A stretch of 63,220 nt of DNA, counting the filler, from Phoronis australis (Eukaryota > Animalia > Phoronida): the NCBI GenBank assembly GCA_002633005.1. It is 10 parts of 10 records of this genome, joined end to end, with 100 filler letters (N's around TTAATTAATTAA, not from the genome) between each part and the next. Parts side by side here need not be neighbours in the genome. Positions count along the whole stretch, not along the records: positions 8,039 to 13,226 come from NMRA01002400.1; positions 13,327 to 16,497 come from NMRA01003173.1; positions 16,598 to 22,446 come from NMRA01001166.1; 7 more parts are not named here. The stretch is one strand, 5' to 3'. Both the position numbers and the translations under genes were made by a program. Below are positions 11,963 to 22,546 of the stretch, piece after piece (positions within the stretch are counted from its first letter, which is position 1; each line of letters begins with the position of its first letter). The notes beneath the pieces were generated by a model, which made no database searches, was not told the origin of the DNA, and saw only the letters and a program-made list of their open reading frames with translations.

Positions 11963-13114
11963 TATCAGTCGGAAAGTTGTCACTGTCCGTTGTCAACGTC
12001 ATATAAATGCACATGCTGTGAAGTTTAGTAAAGATCCTGCGAACAGTTTAGGAGATACAGCCATGGGTGCAAAAAGCTGCCATTAGGAGACGCCACAGTA
12101 GCCAAAGTGGTCGGAAACTGATCATCATCAGCCGTTCTCTTGCCAATTTCCACAATCATCCTTAGAGCGGTTTGGTTTATAGCGGGGTGGACGTCAAAAA
12201 ACGGACACGAAAACAGTAGAAATGGCCACTAGGTGGCGCAAACTACGTCGAAACCTGAAAATGGGAGGATAGCGTCATCATAGTAGATGGCTTTATGCCA
12301 AATTGATACAGAGGTAAACGTAAAAAAGTAGAAAAAATAAAATTATCACTAGCGGGCACACCAGTACTCAGATCCGTCCGAAAGTTGTCGTCGTCTGTTG
12401 TCAACATCATAATAAACACAAACGATTTAGGAGATACAGCCCTACAGGCAAAAAGAACAAAACTGCCACTAGGAGCGCCACAGTAGTCGAAAGTCGTCGA
12501 AAAACCATCGTCAGTCGTCCTCTTCATAGTAAGAACATACATGCCAGTTTTCACAATCATCTTTAGAGCAGTTTGATTGATAGAGGGTTGGACGCCAAAA
12601 AACACATCTGAAAATCTTAAAAATGGTCATTAGGTGGCGGCGCGCCGAATCCATCCGAAAACGAGAGGAAAGCATCATCTCACTCATAGGTGCCTATAAA
12701 CCAAATTTTATGAAAATACTTTAAGGACCTTTGAAGACACAGAGGTAAACGTAAAAAATTAAAATTGCCACAAGAGGCAACAACGGTAATGGGATCCGTC
12801 CGAAAGTTCGCTCATGCCGTCCCATCCAAGAAATTAACGCATGTGCAAAATTTCATGAACATACGTCAAGGGGTTTTGGAGGTAGAGCAGTGGACGCCGG
12901 ACGTACGCCGGACGGACACCAGAAGGACGTCGGACGGATGCCGGACGGACACCAGAAGGACGTCGGACGGATGCCGGACGGACGCTGGACGGACGCCGGA
13001 CGGACGCCGGACGGACGCCGGACGGACGCCGGGCGGACGCCGGACGGACACCGAACGGACGCCGGAGATGACGGCATAATGCGTCCACATATAAATATGT
13101 GGGCGCATAAAAAA
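11963..13114 (+). mobile_element. Helentron-associated (HINE/DINE-1-like) element with ~410-bp internal subrepeats
   Basis: Three diverged units marked by GTC(C/G)GAAAGTT at ~11968, 12376, 12798; GGACGGACGCC minisatellite; terminal hairpin 13079-13108 followed by an A-run. Confidence 0.55.
12892..13065 (+). repeat. GGACGGACGCC (11-bp) minisatellite
   Basis: Directly visible; generates the low-complexity ORFs at 12765-13150. Confidence 0.9.
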
Positions 13115-13226
13115 CCAGTTTAACTTTCGAAATAACGTGCTTATTATCATGATGATCTACGACCCCTTTAGATACGATACCAACTCGCTGGACGTATGCC
13201 GGGTTCTCATAATAGGTAAACGTGGT

Positions 13227-13326
13227 NNNNNNNNNNNNNNNNNNNNNNNNNNNNNNNNNNNNNNNNNNNNTTAATTAATTAANNNNNNNNNNNNNNNNNN
13301 NNNNNNNNNNNNNNNNNNNNNNNNNN
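13227..13326. other. Artificial contig linker
   Basis: 44 N + TTAATTAATTAA + 44 N. Confidence 0.97.
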
Positions 13327-13503
13327 TTAGAAGAATTTATAAGGATCCAAGCAATACCTATCCCATAACCAGTACACAATTCGTAGCCGAAAAAAGTTTA
13401 AATATACACATGATTCTGAACCGAAGAACATACCGCCATTTTGAATTAACCGTGAAAGCGGAAGTACAATAAATACTAATAATAATAATAGTAAACAGCA
13501 AAC

Positions 13504-14871
13504 TTGGATCTTGAGCATGAAAGCATACCTGCTGAAAGAGCACTTGGTGTGCTCTGGAATTTGAAATCCGACCACTTCGGATACGACGTCAGCGTGAGAA
13601 ATGTCCCACTCACCAAAAGAGGGATTCTCTGCCTGACTAGTACTGTTTATGATCCGTTGGGTTTTGTTAGCCCATTCATACTATTTGCCAAGATGTTATT
13701 CCAACAATTATGCCGTTTGAAAATAGACTGGGAAGAAAAAATCCCGCAAGACATTGCAGCTCAGTGGTTGCGATGGCTTGATGACTTGCCAAAGATAAAA
13801 GGATTTAAGGTTCTAAGGTGCTTAAAACCTGACTGGAAATCAGATAATTCTACTGTATTACAATTACATCACTTTTGTGATGCTTCTGAGAAAGGATACG
13901 GTGCAGTATCCTACCTGCGCGTAATTGACGCACACGATAACATTTGGTGTTCCTTGGTGATGGCCAAGAGCAGGCTAGCACCACTAAAACCGACAACAAT
14001 TCCCAGGCTTGAATTGTCTGCTGCAACGGTTGCAGTAAAACTTGACCAAACGATCAGAAAATACCTTGAGTGTGAACTTGAGGATTCTGTTTTTTGGACT
14101 GACAGTACCTTAGTACTCCATTATGTGAAATGTAATAACAAGAGATTTCAAACCTTTGTTGCCTATAGAGTGGCACAAATTCATGAAGGCTCAACTCCAA
14201 TTCAGTGGAGATATGTCGACACCAAAAACAATCCTGCAGATGACATTTCTAGAGGGCTGTCAGCTGATGAGCTCATAAACAACAATCGCTGGATGAATGG
14301 ACCTGAATTTCTTTGGAACAATGANAATACCTTGAGTGTGAACTTGAGGATTCTGTTTTTTGGACTGACAGTACCATAGTACTCCATTATGTGAAATGTA
14401 AAGACAAGAGATTTCAAACCTTTGTTGCCTATAGAGTGGCACAAATTCATGAAGGCTCAACTCCAATTCAGTGGAGATATGTCGACACCAAAAACAATCC
14501 TGCAGATGACATTTCTAGAGGGCTGTCAGCTGATGAGCTCATAAACAACAATCGCTGGATGAATGGACTTGAATTTCTTTGGAACAATGATCAGGTTTGG
14601 CCTGATCAACCCGAGATTGGTGAAATGCCTGAGGAGGCAGAAATTAAACATACTAAGCAAGTTTATGAAACCACAACGAAATTTCGAAGTCGGAGATTTG
14701 GTTCTCATAGTTAATGAATGTACTCCTAGAAACAAATGGCCTTTGGGAATTATCACCCAAACCTTCCCATCCAATGATGGACTTGTACGTACTGTTGAAG
14801 TTAAAAGTCAGGCAGGTTTCTACACTAGACCGATACATAAGTTATGTTTGTTAGAGTTTTCACTAGCTTAG
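13504..14871 (+). pseudogene. BEL/Pao pol remnant (peptidase A17/RNase H region, then integrase C-terminal DUF5641-like tail in another frame)
   Basis: ORFs 13504-14379, 14391-14714 and 14563-14871; RT and integrase core absent; 265-bp duplication around the single n at 14325. Confidence 0.85.
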
Positions 14872-14958
14872 TTATTGTTAGGTAAGAAACAATTGTGACA
14901 GCATGATGTCACCTGTATTGTATAATTATGAGAGCTGTTCGCCTCATCGGGGCCGGGA

Positions 14959-15986
14959 TGTTAGTGACATTTTTTGATGCTGTAGATAATTAGTCTAATT
15001 AAAAGCAAAGTTATGCAATTTTAGTGACTAGTGTATAATTAATTAAACGTATTGGTTGTTTACCAAAATTTGTAACCTCCTAGGAGTTCATGGGAAGTGA
15101 TTCACCACATGTCTGTTACCAGTTGTGGGATGTTTATAATAACAATTGTGCTTTGTTTTGCAAGTTGTGTAACTTAAAGTCTTCGAAAACCTGTCAACTT
15201 TGGGATGAGGCATTTCCGACAACAACAATAATCTGTTATTTGTCCGTCGGAATTACTCAACTCTTGATTGTCCTGCGACATAATTGGTAATGACTTGGGT
15301 TCATTGCTGGAGTCCAGCAGATTGATTCACAGAATTGTTTTGGAACCAGCGACTTTGTTCAGGGAATTGTTTTGGAACTAGATGTAGCACTTTGGAGGAA
15401 GTTTGTGGGTTTTCATGTTTTGAATTATCTCGCCCACCTTTCTTGTGTTCAGTATAAATATTCTGTTAGCTACTCTAGAATTCATATTGCTTGGAGAGAG
15501 GCTGCTGCTTGCTTCAAAAATATCACAGATACCCAGCGTTGGTAAGAGACAACTTTGTTTCTTGATGTTTTACTATAAACTTTGACTTTAGAAACAACTA
15601 TTCTCAGTTCTTTGATTACTTGATTAACTCATAGAAAGTGTTGTAATAGAAATTGTTGTAACTACAAGTTTCTGCTAACTATTGTTTGCCAAATTGTGAG
15701 TTGATATAATATTATTAGATATGCAATTTTCTGTATTTTAGTATGATGTATTTGGTACTTCAATTTGTATTAGATATTGCATTATCTTTATTAATTGTTT
15801 CAGGTTTAACCGTATCGTATTGAAAATCCTATCGTATCGTATCTTATCGTATAGTATCGTATCGTGAATCATAAATCGTTCACCGTATTGAAAATCGTAT
15901 TATTACTCGTATCACATCATAAATAAAGTTTTATGAGCCAATGTTACGGTATTATTATTATACGCGTGTAAACCGCTGGGTCAACA
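14959..15986 (+). repeat. 3' LTR of the BEL/Pao element (~1.03 kb)
   Basis: Starts TGTT immediately after the PPT; TATAAATA 15453-15460; (TATCG)n ~15812-15865; AATAAA 15922-15927; ends at AACA in a (CAA)n run (15986-15998, exact end ambiguous). Confidence 0.75.
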
Positions 15987-16019
15987 ACAACAACAACAAG
16001 AGAGACATCTAATGTGCGT

Positions 16020-16497
16020 GTGACTGTACGCTACAGGCGATATACGTTAGAGACCATTAAGACGCTGTCTAATTTTGGATACAGTTCCACTAAGATAACT
16101 AGACCAGCTAAGGGTCTTGTCAAAAGCCATACCGATTAACTGCTCACTGTCAAGCTGTTTGAGCTGTAAACCCGAAATAGCCAGATTAAGGTCAAGGTCA
16201 CCTCTACTATGCCGTTGCTCTGAGGCAATACTCATACATTTTGTTTTTTAAGTATTGATTACCAGTTTGTTATCAACATACCAGGTACCAACTACATCCA
16301 AATCAGACTTGAGTCTGTTCTTCACAGCCACCAGTAAGTCTGGCACAACTGACGAAGTAGTATCATTTGCATACATGTCAACAGTGTTTTCGCAGACTAA
16401 GGAGAGATCATTTATAAAAAAGTGAAAACAGCAGAGGTCCCAGGATGGATCCTGGGGGACACCGTGTGTGATACCTCGGGACTCAGACAGACATCCA
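16020..16497 (-). mobile_element. Non-LTR retrotransposon (CR1/L2/Crack-like) reverse transcriptase fragment
   Basis: Reverse translation with frameshifts gives GVPQ/GSILGPLLF..FINDL..MYANDTT..DNKLVINT*KTKCM..FDKTLSW; cut by the contig end. Confidence 0.85.
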
Positions 16498-16597
16498 NNN
16501 NNNNNNNNNNNNNNNNNNNNNNNNNNNNNNNNNNNNNNNNNTTAATTAATTAANNNNNNNNNNNNNNNNNNNNNNNNNNNNNNNNNNNNNNNNNNNN
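16498..16597. other. Artificial contig linker
   Basis: 44 N + TTAATTAATTAA + 44 N. Confidence 0.97.
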
Positions 16598-16657
16598 CCG
16601 CGGTTTGGAACCCGTATCCGGACGCGGCCTAGCCGCGTTCGATAGGACGTTGGATTC

Positions 16658-17207
16658 GATCAGCACTGTATTTATGACCTCCTAGATAAACTTGGTTGGT
16701 GCAGCCTGATTAGCAGGCGTGCCTTTCATTTAAACTTCATAGCCTCAAACCTAATTACCTTATTACTAAATTCAAGACAGTCAGAGATTCTCACAATTAC
16801 AATACTAGAGCGAGTTTTTCTGGCTGCCTGGTACCAATTAGACCTAAGAACAACTGTGGCAAAAGACCCATTGCCTACAGAGATGCTGTCGCTTACAACG
16901 GGCTGGAGATTGCCGTCGCTAACGCGCCCGATGTCCACGTCTTCAAACAGAAGCACTGGGACTTTGTGCGTAGTTCGTTACTGTAGGCCTCAGCTAATCA
17001 CTATTTTACTCTATTATATATTATTTATTCATCAAATTGTACATATTACCTAATTTAATACTAATTTATTTTATTTATTATCTTTTTAATCTAATTGTAT
17101 GTGGGTAATTATTTCCGACTGGGCCCACTTGAAAATCAGCGTATTCACTGAAGTGGTCACTCAGTCTTTTAAAGAAGTTTAAATAAATAAATAAATAAAT
17201 AAATAAA
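16658..17207 (+). mobile_element. 3' end of a CR1/L2/Crack-like LINE (ORF2 C-terminus, 3' UTR stem-loop, (TAAA)n tail)
   Basis: LLDKLGWCSLISRR, PNYL..HNYNTR, GKRPIAYR..YNGL..FKQK, stop at 16986; CCACTT..CAG..CTG.AAGTGG stem near 17125-17156; (AAAT)n 17181-17207. Confidence 0.8.
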
Positions 17208-17899
17208 ATGACACATAAACAAATAAGCGAATATTCTACCAACTCTTGCAAGATGTAAGGTTAAGTAGGACCATAAAAAAACTTCGGATCATTGTATCGC
17301 AGAAATGGCCGATCGGATTCCGGCACATAAAACTTTCAGTTACTATGTTTTATAAAATGTTCATTAGACGTTGTCAGAAATTTGCACTTTCACAATTTTT
17401 ATGAAAAACTTAAAGTTGCACAGAACGAAAACGAGAAGGCTATTGAGAAAAGTAACATGTTTTTCAAGATTTTGTTTTGAACATTTTTATCATACTAAAT
17501 TGTGTCATGTAATTAATTATGTTTTTGGCTATGCATGAATCTTTATTTATTGCTAGATTTTAATAAAATCACGGTCAGGAGCGCTTCTGAACTGCAGATT
17601 GGTATTAAGTCAACTATCGAATTCTACGGAATTTCTGCTTTCTGAAAATGCATACTTACAATGAGTTAAACTCTACACTTTTGTAAATATTCGCCGTACA
17701 TAACCATATTTTCACAAACTGAATGAATTACCCGTGACGTGGTTTCCGAATTACACAACTGTTACAATTGAAATACAAGTTCTATTGAAAAATTTTGAAT
17801 ACACCATTGCACGCATTATACCACATAATTAGCCTGGTATGGCTATTACAAATCTTGAATAACACCAACATTTAATCAGCATGTGTTGAGCAACATTTT

Positions 17900-17972
17900 G
17901 GCGAGACCCAGAGGCCGGATTCGAACACGCTTCACCCGAGAGCCGTTGCCTTAAAGGTTGAGCTATTCAGCA
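17900..17972 (-). mobile_element. tRNA-derived SINE head (degenerate), not a functional tRNA
   Basis: Minus strand has A-box-like TAGCTCAA (17958-17965) and B-box GTTCGAATCC (17917-17926) at tRNA-like spacing, but no full cloverleaf. Confidence 0.4.
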
Positions 17973-20900
17973 GCTGACGTCGTCTTGCGTTAAAATAGAA
18001 TTCTTAAAGAGGACGCGTAGTAATCTCATGTTCAACAAACCGCATTGTACCGACATTTATCCCATACGCGTTGAATCAGTCGCGTGCAATACGGCCATGT
18101 AATGTTCTCCGTATTCACCTCCCACACTTCTTAAAAATGACCTCTGACGTGGATAGTTTAAAAAGTAGGCCAATGTCGACTCGACGTCGTTAGCCGGTTC
18201 GATCATCAAACAAACTGTTAGTTACATGACAGTTCTGTCCCAGTTTTCAATCCTTAAATACTACATCGCCTGCAACTCAGGCACCGAGTCCTCGGTAACT
18301 ACGACATCAAATATTGTTGCTATTTAACTATTTTCAGGAGATGATACGAGTTAAGTGAATAGTTACGGTTGTTTTCATCTTTGTTATTTCTTTTCAAGTA
18401 ATAAATCGTAACATTTAAAACTGTTTCTTTTACAAAAGAAAACTTACAACATAACGCGCAAGTACATACATACAGTATGTGATCGGCCACGTGAACAGTG
18501 AAGTATTTAGAGAATCTGCCGAAAAAAATGAAAGACACTAGGGAATTCGAAGCGTATTGGATAAATAGAAAGCGTACCTCGATTGGCGTACATGTACATG
18601 AAGTAATATACCACTCGACATTATTCTGCGTATCGATCTCGACATTCGGTATCGGTCTATACACGGAGTAAAGTCTCGTGGGTTATATTGCTTCATCTCT
18701 GTACAATTTCAATACAAACAACACCTTTAAGTCATTAAAATGTATCTGTGTTTTGTTCTCACTGGTAAATCATCGATCTTCAGTTTAAATGTAGGTAAAA
18801 TGTCGTCGGGAGTCTTTGATTAGAAATTACATGTATAACATAAACAGTAGTAACCTACTTTAGCAGACGATATTTCCACGGTGGAAGATTAGCATGAAAA
18901 GATGTGTAGTACGCTAGACTATTTGCTTAAAAATCATTATTTTAACGAGAAGGACTCGGCATTTGTTAAAATGTCATGACCTCCGACCCCCAGCTTCTGA
19001 CACAGAAATTAGTTCCAAAGCCGAGGCGAGTAGAGAAAGGTAGATAGATTAATTGCAATGTTTATCGTTCAGTATGCGACTAACGCCACTCAGGCGATAA
19101 TTTTCCAAAATCTACCCGGGCTCTAGATTACGGGAGATAACGACTTCGCCACGAAATAGTCTATATTTCTCAGGTGTTCCAATAGGTTTTCACTAGATAC
19201 TACATGTAGCTAGGATACTGAAACTGAACAAAACGCAATGTATAAAAAGACAGTACAAATACTCGTAATCTTCAGGGACACAAAATAATTAAGCTGATGT
19301 GTAATGCACTCAAACTAAAATGTCTGCCCGCAAAATAAGGAAAACACCGTTAAGGTCGGGCATCGACTAGGGATTTGTGTTAAGATTGCAAGGGGACACT
19401 ATTGACCATTCCTAAATCAGAACTTGATTTTTCTCTGGTATATTTTTTAACAAATATCTATAGTTGAGATTAATTGCCAATGTCTTATATTTTGAATATA
19501 GTGGAGACTGATACATTACGGTAGGAAACAGTAAAGAAAAAAGTACAAAGGTGACACTGTACTGAGTAGAAAAGGAGCATTGGGCCCTACTCTACTTATA
19601 TGTTGCATTTCCCAAATGTTTTAGTTTTGCTGACAAAGGAAACAAACATTGAATGCTGCACATGAAATAAATATGACCCCCACTCTTTACGATGCACCCG
19701 GACTCAACTATCAATTAATCGCATTTGCACTATATTGCGTAAGTTCATATTTCTATACACAGAAATTTGATAATTTATGCAAAATAATATAACAGTTTAG
19801 GCCATGCTAAGCACAAATCGAGAGAGCCAAAGACAAACAAAGACTGGCAATTCCCATACCAGGATGGGGTTAGAGGGTGAGAGTAAGGCAATACTGATAT
19901 CTGAGTTAAGACAGGGGAGTTTCCAATCAACCGATGAGATATGTTCACTAAAATTTAAAACATTATACAAAGCTGGTTGAAGGCACACGACACTTTTTAG
20001 ACAGCTTACTATATATGTATACATGTACTCAGTCGCACTCTCTATACAATTTCCTATCTTCCTGTGAGCAGATGTGTAGTAAATCCCCAAGACACATTTG
20101 ATTTGCTGCAAAAGAGTATTCTCGAAGATAGGAGATTGTATAAAAAGTGCAAGCGAATGTATATTAAGTCACTGTAGAGATTGTCTAGGATTTACGCAAA
20201 TAAATTAACTTCACACTTCACAACAAGGGACACATCTTCATTATTGACTTTTTACAGTCGTAGCAGGTATCGTCTCACTTTTTTCTGTCCATAGCAGGGA
20301 GTCAAAACGAGGTTGTTTGTCGTATCATCCTGGCCTTCAAAACATTTCAGGAGTCGCAACGTACATATAAGACCACAATTTTACAACTTTCAGGCCTCTT
20401 TCCCATTTCATAACAACAAGCAACAGTGTTGCACCCGGGAAGTGCATGCATGGGCAGCAAGGATTTCTGGAGAAACGTCCGTGTGGTTCTCCACTGTCTT
20501 CCCAATATCAACTACTGCTCACTCTTTCATTGGAGATTGCATTTCCACCAGCAGGTTTAAATCATCAGGGTCATAGGTTAACGGTCAGTTACGTTTGTTG
20601 CTTGTGTATGCACAGATTTTGATTGTTTTTGAGCGTTCAGAGTCGCTTGTGGGTGAATTGCGGAATGTTTGAGTGTGCTCCATACAAACTTTTGCATTGC
20701 TACAGCAGAGATGTGTATGCGGATGTACATGTAAACCCACACGTGGGGAATGACGTCATCACACATAACCGGCTAATAACCTTAGGAGAACAACCACCAG
20801 ACATACATTTTCACAAGGAAAATAGTTACGTGACTTTAGTATTCAGGACATCAAAGGTAGAGACTACGACACATCATTGTGTATGTCAGAACGAATACTA

Positions 20901-21114
20901 ACACTGTCAAGAACGACATAGGCAGACACACCATTTACTGAAAGAGGTTCTGGTTTGCCAGTTCTGTCAATCAGTATTCCAAAAGCTCCATGCGTTTGCT
21001 ATTCTGCAAATTATAAATAATTTCTATTCGTGTCAAATCACTACCAGAATTTTTTCCGACATTTTAAGTTTTCAATTTCTAAAAAAATCAACCTTTTATG
21101 CACCCTGTTCCTCC

Positions 21115-21381
21115 TTAGAGAATCCGTATGTTTTTACAATGCTTATCAGCTTGAGAAAATATTCTATCTGGCCTTAAACAGTTTAACATACGTGTGAGTT
21201 CGCAGATCATTCTCAGAGCATTATTTTTTCTGTTCACATCAGTTGTCCTCGTAAATTCCATGCGGTACTTGAGCGCTGGTACCAATATGCCGCTCAAACT
21301 GCGACCTTTCGTGACCGTGCATCTTGTATTGATTTCCGACGTCTTCTCTCCATCATGATTTACAACCATCTTGTTCATCAT
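21115..21381 (-). pseudogene. Possible degenerate Myb/SANT-like ORF of a PIF/Harbinger transposon
   Basis: LKYR...TTDVNRKNNALRMICE...R..SQ..KHCKNIR loosely follows the KY..K.TD..K..AW..I...R..QL...WKN pattern with Trp residues lost; AAACCTGGTCT-type subterminal repeats nearby at 21520-21650. Confidence 0.3.
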
Positions 21382-22259
21382 GTGTTTTGTTCTGAAATGA
21401 TGACTGTGTTTTTGTTACTGTTAACGTCTTTCTGTGTTATCCGAGTATTAAGATGTAAATAGGACTGTTTGCATTTCGGTTATTTGTGTTTTCAACGAAG
21501 TTTGTGTTAACGAAGGGCAGCTTAAACCTGGTCTTCATAAACCTGGTCTAATCTTAGACCTGACTTGCATTTCATCAACATGGTTTAAGAGTCTGAAAGC
21601 CTGTTTTTGCTAGACCAGGGAGCTGGTTTAGTAAAACCAGGTTTAAAGTATTAAAGGCACCCTACTCTGTCGAGCTGGTCAAACCCAACAAAGAAACTAT
21701 TGAAGTGCTTCAATGAAACCTTGATCACGTGGGTATACAATGGCCTAACTAGTAGAATCAGTGCAGACAGTTCCGGAAAAGGTTTAAACGCTTTTCTCTT
21801 TAGGAATAATTTAATTTCTCTGCCCAACACACAAACATTAAAGAACATGCTCACGATTAGATGTAACATGATAAATGCCCAAATTTAATTCAGTGTCATT
21901 TCAGTGTTTATTTTTTGCGGCCACTAGGGGGTGGGAAAGACCTCTTCCCGGCAACAGTACATCGGAGAACAGTGGAGGTGGAAATCAAAAGAATCAGAAG
22001 ATGCTATCTTAAGTCAAATTCGTAGCGCTTTCGACGATGATGCCCTGCTCTACCAGTCGTATTCTGGGGAATTTCGCAGGACACACTACACCACGTACTG
22101 CTCTACGCATAGGCGGATCCAGGAGGTCAAGGGGTCCGGAGTCTCCTTTTTCCCTTGATTTTAATGACATCAAATCTATGATTTTGAAATTGTTGACTTG
22201 GTCCCCCCTTTCAAAAAGTCCTTGATCACCTCCTTTAAAAATCCTACAGCACACATCAC

Positions 22260-22446
22260 GAATTTTCGGCCGACCGGTCGGAAATTGGTCGACGACCGGC
22301 CGTCGACCGGTCGTCTAGCCGACCAGCAGCCGACCAACAACGGTCGGCTAGGAGCCGTCTGCTGAGTCGCCTCTGTGGTCGGCACTTGGGTCGGCTAAAT
22401 GGTCGCCTAGCGTAGACGACCAATTCGGATTAAGCGTGTCCTTGGT
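22260..22446. repeat. CGAC/GTCG-rich palindromic MITE-like sequence truncated by the contig end
   Basis: Multiple self-complementary motifs (CCGACCGGTCGG, GTCGACGACCGGCCGTCGAC). Confidence 0.45.
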
Positions 22447-22546
22447 NNNNNNNNNNNNNNNNNNNNNNNNNNNNNNNNNNNNNNNNNNNNTTAATTAATT
22501 AANNNNNNNNNNNNNNNNNNNNNNNNNNNNNNNNNNNNNNNNNNNN
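22447..22546. other. Artificial contig linker
   Basis: 44 N + TTAATTAATTAA + 44 N. Confidence 0.97.

Larger units (their letters stand above)
13504..15986 (+). mobile_element. BEL/Pao LTR retrotransposon, 5'-truncated and internally deleted, with polypurine tract and 3' LTR
   Basis: Pao motifs ERALGVLW, TKRGIL..YDPLG, LHHFCDASEKGYGAV, TIPRLELSAA, FWTDS, NPADDISRG; integrase tail VGDLVLI..PRNKWPLG..DGLVRTVEV..RPIHKLCLLE* (stop 14871); PPT GGGGCCGGGA 14949-14958; LTR TGTT...AACA. Confidence 0.93.

Noticed and set aside
12765-13150. Overlapping repetitive ORFs on both strands
   Set aside because: They are translations of the GGACGGACGCC minisatellite.
16020-17207. LINE RT fragment and LINE 3' end as one element
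   Set aside because: Opposite strands and separated by an artificial linker.
17900-17972. tRNA gene
   Set aside because: A/B boxes are present but no acceptor or anticodon stems; treated as a SINE head.
21918-22158. Purine-rich stretch after a possible acceptor (ORF 21931-22158)
   Set aside because: No recognisable domain or partner exon.
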